Below are positions 59,874 to 64,000 of a DNA stretch of 64,000 nucleotides, piece after piece. The first letter of the stretch is position 1. Each line of letters starts with the position of its first letter. The DNA lies in the NCBI GenBank assembly GCA_018065105.1, contig JAGHTX010000163.1:14100-78099 (forward strand). Reading direction: 5' to 3'. This DNA is from Bacillota bacterium (GTDB lineage Bacteria > Bacillota_I > Bacilli_A > Erysipelotrichales > Erysipelotrichaceae). The notes under the pieces were generated by a model that was given only the letters and a program-made list of their open reading frames with translations, was not told the DNA's origin and did no database searches. Made by a program: the position numbers and the translations under genes.

Positions 59874-61040
59874 ATGAGATGTTTAAGATGTAAAAATGAA
59901 GATACACGTTTTTTTTACAACGATCAAGGTATTTGGTATTGTCGAAAATGCATAGCTTTTGGAAGAGTCAATGTTGGAGATTGTGTACAACCTGCAATTC
60001 TTTCAAAAACGAAATGGAGAGGAGACATAAAATTACAATATCCATTAACCCCACATCAGAAAATGTGTTCAGAATTGGTTATTCAATATTTGAAACAAGG
60101 AAAGTCGGTATTCCTTTATGCAGCTACAGGAGCTGGAAAAACAGAAGTGAGTATGGGAAGTATTGCGTATTATCTCCATCAAGGAAAAAAAGTCTGTTTT
60201 GCGATTAGTCGTAGACAGGTTGTTTTGGAAATAAGAGATAGACTTCAAGAAGCTTTTGAAGATCTAGATGTTATAGCTGTAACCCAGGGATATACGGAAA
60301 TTACGGATGGAGATATTATTGTTTGCACAACCCATCAGCTATATCGTTACCCACAAAGCTTTGATTTACTAATTCTTGATGAAGTGGATGCTTTTCCTTA
60401 CGCAAATGACCCCTTATTAAAAGAGATTGCGAAAAACTCGTGTAAAGGAGAAATTCTATTATTGTCGGCAACTCCGGATTTAGAGAGCTTAAAGGCTATT
60501 CAAGAAAAACGAATGGAGATGGTTAATTTATTTGAAAGACCGCATAAGCATCCATTGATTGTTCCTAAGATTGTTCATCTACCCAAAATTTTCCAAGTTG
60601 TTTATATTCTTATCTTTTGTTTAGAAATGAAGAAGAAAGAAAAACAGGTGTTAGTTTTTGTTCCAAAGAAACAAGATACATATTGGTTATCTTCTTTATT
60701 TCAGTTATTTATTCCTTGCGCTGGTATTCATTCTTCTTCTGAAGATAAAGATTCTATATTAGATGCCTTTCGAAAGAAAAAACTATATGTGTTATTTTCT
60801 ACCACACTGTTAGAAAGAGGAATAACGATTCCAAGTGTACAAGTATTGGTGTACGAGGCTGAACATAGTGTGTTTACTACCGCGAGTTTGATTCAAATTT
60901 TCGGAAGAATTGGACGAAGTTTTCAAGATCCAACAGGAATAGGAGTGTGTTTATGTCAATCTACGAGTCCCTCTATAAACGAATGCATATCGCAAATTCA
61001 AGCAATGAACGATACTGTTTATTGTGCAACAAAAGAATAG
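59874..61040 (+). CDS. comFA: ComFA-like DEAD/DEAH-box helicase (competence)
   Basis: N-terminal zinc finger (CLRC...WYCRKC), Walker A ATGAGKT, DEVD and SATP motifs, followed by comFC. Start moved to ATG 59874 because the track's start (59829) lies upstream of and across the rpmE terminator. Confidence 0.8.
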   Translation: MRCLRCKNEDTRFFYNDQGIWYCRKCIAFGRVNVGDCVQPAILSKTKWRGDIKLQYPLTPHQKMCSELVIQYLKQGKSVFLYAATGAGKTEVSMGSIAYYLHQGKKVCFAISRRQVVLEIRDRLQEAFEDLDVIAVTQGYTEITDGDIIVCTTHQLYRYPQSFDLLILDEVDAFPYANDPLLKEIAKNSCKGEILLLSATPDLESLKAIQEKRMEMVNLFERPHKHPLIVPKIVHLPKIFQVVYILIFCLEMKKKEKQVLVFVPKKQDTYWLSSLFQLFIPCAGIHSSSEDKDSILDAFRKKKLYVLFSTTLLERGITIPSVQVLVYEAEHSVFTTASLIQIFGRIGRSFQDPTGIGVCLCQSTSPSINECISQIQAMNDTVYCATKE

Positions 61041-61642
61041 ATGAAGATTTTGAATTATCAAATTTTATTCAAGAAGAACGCTTGTGTACACAATGCCGAT
61101 CACAACTAAAAGGAGAAAAAAGAGTTTTTGTAAAAGATGGAAAGAAATGGATCATATATCATGAATATAATGACTTTATAGAACGATTGTTGTTTCGATA
61201 TAAAGAACAGCGTGATGTAGCCATTAGTCCTATCTTTTTGTCTCCTTATAAGAACGAATTAAAAGCGTTATCGAAGAAGTATGCGATTGTGATACTTTGT
61301 TCTTCTAATGAAAAAAGACAATTCCGTGCTTTTGAACCGCTAATTGAATGGTTTACAAGTATTCATGTTGAGGTATATTCTCCATTTTATAAGAGTATGG
61401 ATTGGAAACAAAGTTCATTATCATTTGAAAAAAGAAAAGGCATCTCTATGGTTTTAAAGAAAAAAGAACTATATAACTTACCCAAAAGAAAAATATTGCT
61501 TTTTGATGATGTGATAACATCGGGAGCAACAATGAATCGAGCTTTGGAGTTGATGCCTGGAGAAGTGATTGTAGCCTTTGCTGCTCATCCTTCTTGGATA
61601 CAGAAAATGAAGCCTTATGAAAAATCATGTGAAAAAATGTGA
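60953..61642 (+). CDS. comFC: ComF-family phosphoribosyltransferase-like protein
   Basis: N-terminal CLLC....C..C zinc-finger pattern and a C-terminal PRT motif (ILLFDDVITSGATM). ATG 60953 with AGGAG 7 nt upstream. Overlaps the 3' end of comFA. Confidence 0.85.
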   Translation: MSIYESLYKRMHIANSSNERYCLLCNKRIDEDFELSNFIQEERLCTQCRSQLKGEKRVFVKDGKKWIIYHEYNDFIERLLFRYKEQRDVAISPIFLSPYKNELKALSKKYAIVILCSSNEKRQFRAFEPLIEWFTSIHVEVYSPFYKSMDWKQSSLSFEKRKGISMVLKKKELYNLPKRKILLFDDVITSGATMNRALELMPGEVIVAFAAHPSWIQKMKPYEKSCEKM

Positions 61643-61713
61643 CAAATTATTTCTTGTAGTAAATTATGACTCATTTTGATAGAATTTAAGACGTACAAAG
61701 GGGGCGCTCAATC

Positions 61714-62931
61714 ATGGCAAATAAAAACGGAAATGATGAGTTAATGGAACTGTTGGATTCCTTTGACATGGATGATGAATATAACGAGCTTTCTAGTAAG
61801 ATGGAAGTTTTTACAAATGAAAAAAGAAAACGTGAAGAAAAAAATAGAAAAATAGAAGAACCAGTAGAAGATGTAATTGTAAACCAAGGACCGGTTAGTA
61901 TCAGCAATACAATTGTTGCGCCTTTAAAATCTACAGATTCTTCCGATGCTGGAGGAAAAACTCTTGTTTTCTCAAACAATACAGTACCATCACCGAACGC
62001 AGGTGGAGAAACTGTTGTGATCGGAGAAAACCAAATCCATGAATTTGTTGAAGAGGAAGGCGATCCAGAAGAAATCTTAAGACGTCAGGTTATTCAAGAA
62101 TTCAAAGATCAACCAATGATAACGGATACTGTGAAGCGTATTCTTTTTATTGTAGCTGGAGTGTGCGTAGCGTTCGCTTTACTTTTAGGTGGATATAAGG
62201 TTATTGCTGGATTTATGCATTCGGATACCACTGAAACAGATGCAATCCAAGAAAAATATTTCAATGAATTGAAGAGCTGGGCACAAAACTATAATAATTT
62301 AAGTGATGAAGAAAAAAAGGAAATCCAAAATTTAGAAGCGAAATTCAATCGTTTATCGGATGAACAAAAAGAGGAAATCAATGCAATCCTAATGGAAAAA
62401 ACAGGAATGACATTTGATGAATTGTTAGCGAAGTCAAAATCGAATGAAGAAGAAAAGAAGAACAACAACACAGAACTTGCCGAAAAGAAAGCAGAAATCA
62501 AAGCACAAATGGATGAATTAAAGCCAGCTTTAGATGAAGCCGACAGTGCCTTGAAAGATGCGAAGGCAACATTGGATCAAGCGGAAGTAGATTATAACGA
62601 AGCGCAACAATTCTTTGATACGGCACAATCTGAAGCGGAAGCAGCATTAGAAGCTTTAAATGAAATTGAAAACGATGCGCTTCTTCCAGCAGAAGAATTT
62701 AAAGAAAAGTATGAATCAAATGAAGATTGGCGTGCAGCTCGTAATCAAGCCAAAGAGAATTATTCGCAAAAACTTCAAGATATCAGTTCTCTTCAAATTA
62801 ATTTGAATAATGCATATTACGCTTATAATGTGGCAACGGCTCAATATAACGAAGCAAGAAGCAATTATGACTATTATGCTGGACAATATCGAGATCTTGA
62901 AAATCAATTAAACGCATTAGATAGAGAATAG
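61714..62931 (+). CDS. hypothetical bitopic membrane protein with long C-terminal coiled coil
   Basis: Acidic N-terminal region, duplicated AGG(K/E)T(L/V)V motif, one TM (ILFIVAGVCVAFALLLGG), then about 230 aa of heptad-rich sequence. Confidence 0.6.
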   Translation: MANKNGNDELMELLDSFDMDDEYNELSSKMEVFTNEKRKREEKNRKIEEPVEDVIVNQGPVSISNTIVAPLKSTDSSDAGGKTLVFSNNTVPSPNAGGETVVIGENQIHEFVEEEGDPEEILRRQVIQEFKDQPMITDTVKRILFIVAGVCVAFALLLGGYKVIAGFMHSDTTETDAIQEKYFNELKSWAQNYNNLSDEEKKEIQNLEAKFNRLSDEQKEEINAILMEKTGMTFDELLAKSKSNEEEKKNNNTELAEKKAEIKAQMDELKPALDEADSALKDAKATLDQAEVDYNEAQQFFDTAQSEAEAALEALNEIENDALLPAEEFKEKYESNEDWRAARNQAKENYSQKLQDISSLQINLNNAYYAYNVATAQYNEARSNYDYYAGQYRDLENQLNALDRE

Positions 62932-62961
62932 AGCAGATTTTAATAATCTGTTCTTTTTTTT
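62931..62961 (+). terminator. intrinsic terminator after CDS 61714-62931
   Basis: Hairpin GAGCAGATT-TTAAT-AATCTGTTC (one G-U pair) followed by T8. Confidence 0.7.
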
Positions 62962-63101
62962 GTTTTTAAATTGTGAACAAATTGTAATGCATCATGGATA
63001 AAATCAATAATTTTGTCTATGATGATTATTTAAAACGATTTTCCTTTTTTAATATTTTCTTTTTTGTTAGAATAGCTATGGTACAGAAAGTTGGTGAAAC
63101 T

Positions 63102-64000
63102 ATGCGAAATGCAATCGTACTAGCAGCTGGTAAAGGGACACGAATGAAGTCAGAGAAAAGCAAATGCATGCACTCCATCATTGATCGTCCTATGCTAGCG
63201 TATATTACTGATGCATTGAAAGCTGTTGGAGTTCAAAGAATTGTATTAATTGTTGGATATCAAAAAGAAGCTATTCAGGAATATTTTTCTGATTTAGAAT
63301 TTGCGATTCAAGAACCTCAATTAGGAACAGGGCATGCTGTTATGCAAGCCGCTCAGTTAAAAGATGAAGATGGAGATACTGTCATCATTAATGGAGACGG
63401 GCCTTGTATTCAAAGTGAAACTATTGAAAAATTATTTGAGATGAATAAAGATGCTTCTTGTACATTACTAACTTCAGTGTTAGAAGATGGAAAACACTAT
63501 GGACGTATTGTTCGTAATGAAGAAGGAAACGTTACAGGAATTGTTGAGGCAAAAGATTGCACACCTGAACAATTAAAGATCTGTGAAATTAATGCCGGAA
63601 TGTATTGCTTCAAGAATAGAGATTTGTTCGATAACTTAGATAAGTTAGAAACAAATAATGCACAAAAAGAGTACTATTTAACAGACATGGTGAAGATTTT
63701 ATCTTCGCAAGGAAAGAAAGTGAATGGTCTTGTCATTGAAGATCGTGATGAAGTTATGGGAATCAATGACTGTGTAGAATTAAATGTCGCATACACTTGG
63801 ATGCGCGATCGTATCAATTTAAACCACACGAAAAATGGAGTTCAAATTGTAGATCCAAATCGTACAGTTATCGGAAAAGATGTAGTGATTGGACATGATG
63901 TAATTATTTATCCAAACACAGAAATTTTAGGTAACACAGTTATTGGAAATCACGTCGAAATTCTTGGCGGAACATATATTAAAGATTCAACTATTCAAGA
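63102..64000 (+). CDS. glmU: bifunctional UDP-N-acetylglucosamine pyrophosphorylase / GlcN-1-P acetyltransferase, 5' part (runs off the right edge)
   Basis: Not in the ORF track because there is no stop in the window. Hand translation gives MRNAIVLAAGKGTRMKS...QLGTGHAVMQA..., the GlmU signatures. Left-handed beta-helix repeats begin near the window end. Confidence 0.88.
   Translation, partial: MRNAIVLAAGKGTRMKSEKSKCMHSIIDRPMLAYITDALKAVGVQRIVLIVGYQKEAIQEYFSDLEFAIQEPQLGTGHAVMQAAQLKDEDGDTVIINGDGPCIQSETIEKLFEMNKDASCTLLTSVLEDGKHYGRIVRNEEGNVTGIVEAKDCTPEQLKICEINAGMYCFKNRDLFDNLDKLETNNAQKEYYLTDMVKILSSQGKKVNGLVIEDRDEVMGINDCVELNVAYTWMRDRINLNHTKNGVQIVDPNRTVIGKDVVIGHDVIIYPNTEILGNTVIGNHVEILGGTYIKDSTIQ

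Overview
This window is AT-rich, origin-proximal core chromosome from a low-GC Bacillota-type genome. The gene content and order look Erysipelotrichia- or Bacilli-like, but that is inference and no database search was run. All calls come from reading motifs in the ORF-track translations and the raw DNA.

Gene layout. The replication origin lies at about 18.5-20.5 kb, marked by rpmH, DnaA-box clusters on both sides of dnaA, and dnaN. Every gene to its left is on the minus strand: rsmG fragment, HAD hydrolase, a wall teichoic acid cluster (tagG, tagH, tagD and three TagB/TagF-type transferases), rpoE, argS, an HD dNTPase-like gene, a Nudix gene, an S4 gene, mfd, pth, jag, yidC, rnpA and rpmH. 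Nearly every gene to its right is on the plus strand:
- dnaA, dnaN, yaaA, recF, gyrB, gyrA
- T-box leader with serS, a short SRP RNA, tadA, dnaX, recR
- mutS, mutL, miaA
- tmk, holB, ricT, rsmI
- a SWIM-SNF2 helicase, recG, rpmE, comFA, comFC and the start of glmU

Two genes missing from the ORF track were recovered by hand: rpmH (44 aa) and the 5' part of glmU. The 5' end of rsmG was also recovered at the left edge. I found no transposase, integrase, CRISPR array, tRNA, rRNA or recognisable defence island.

Unexplained regions. I did not find a convincing novel multi-gene protein system. The unexplained signal is mostly non-coding:
1. Dense arrays of an ATTCATATGAAT / ATATGAA palindromic motif fill two intergenic regions (27.52-27.62 kb and 32.32-32.71 kb). 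The second array also carries two DnaA-box-like sites and sits upstream of an orphan HTH plus coiled-coil protein.
2. A gene-free region of about 535 bp (45.78-46.32 kb) ends in a plus-strand intrinsic terminator and contains an internal direct repeat of about 45 nt. It may encode a structured RNA.
3. A terminator-containing leader precedes a cation/H+ antiporter gene and may be an ion-responsive riboswitch or attenuator.

Smaller observations:
- a perfect consensus parS inside dnaX
- an A7 slippery run in dnaX
- a His/Lys-rich repeat tail on RicT
- a (TA)6 tract with no Shine-Dalgarno at comFA
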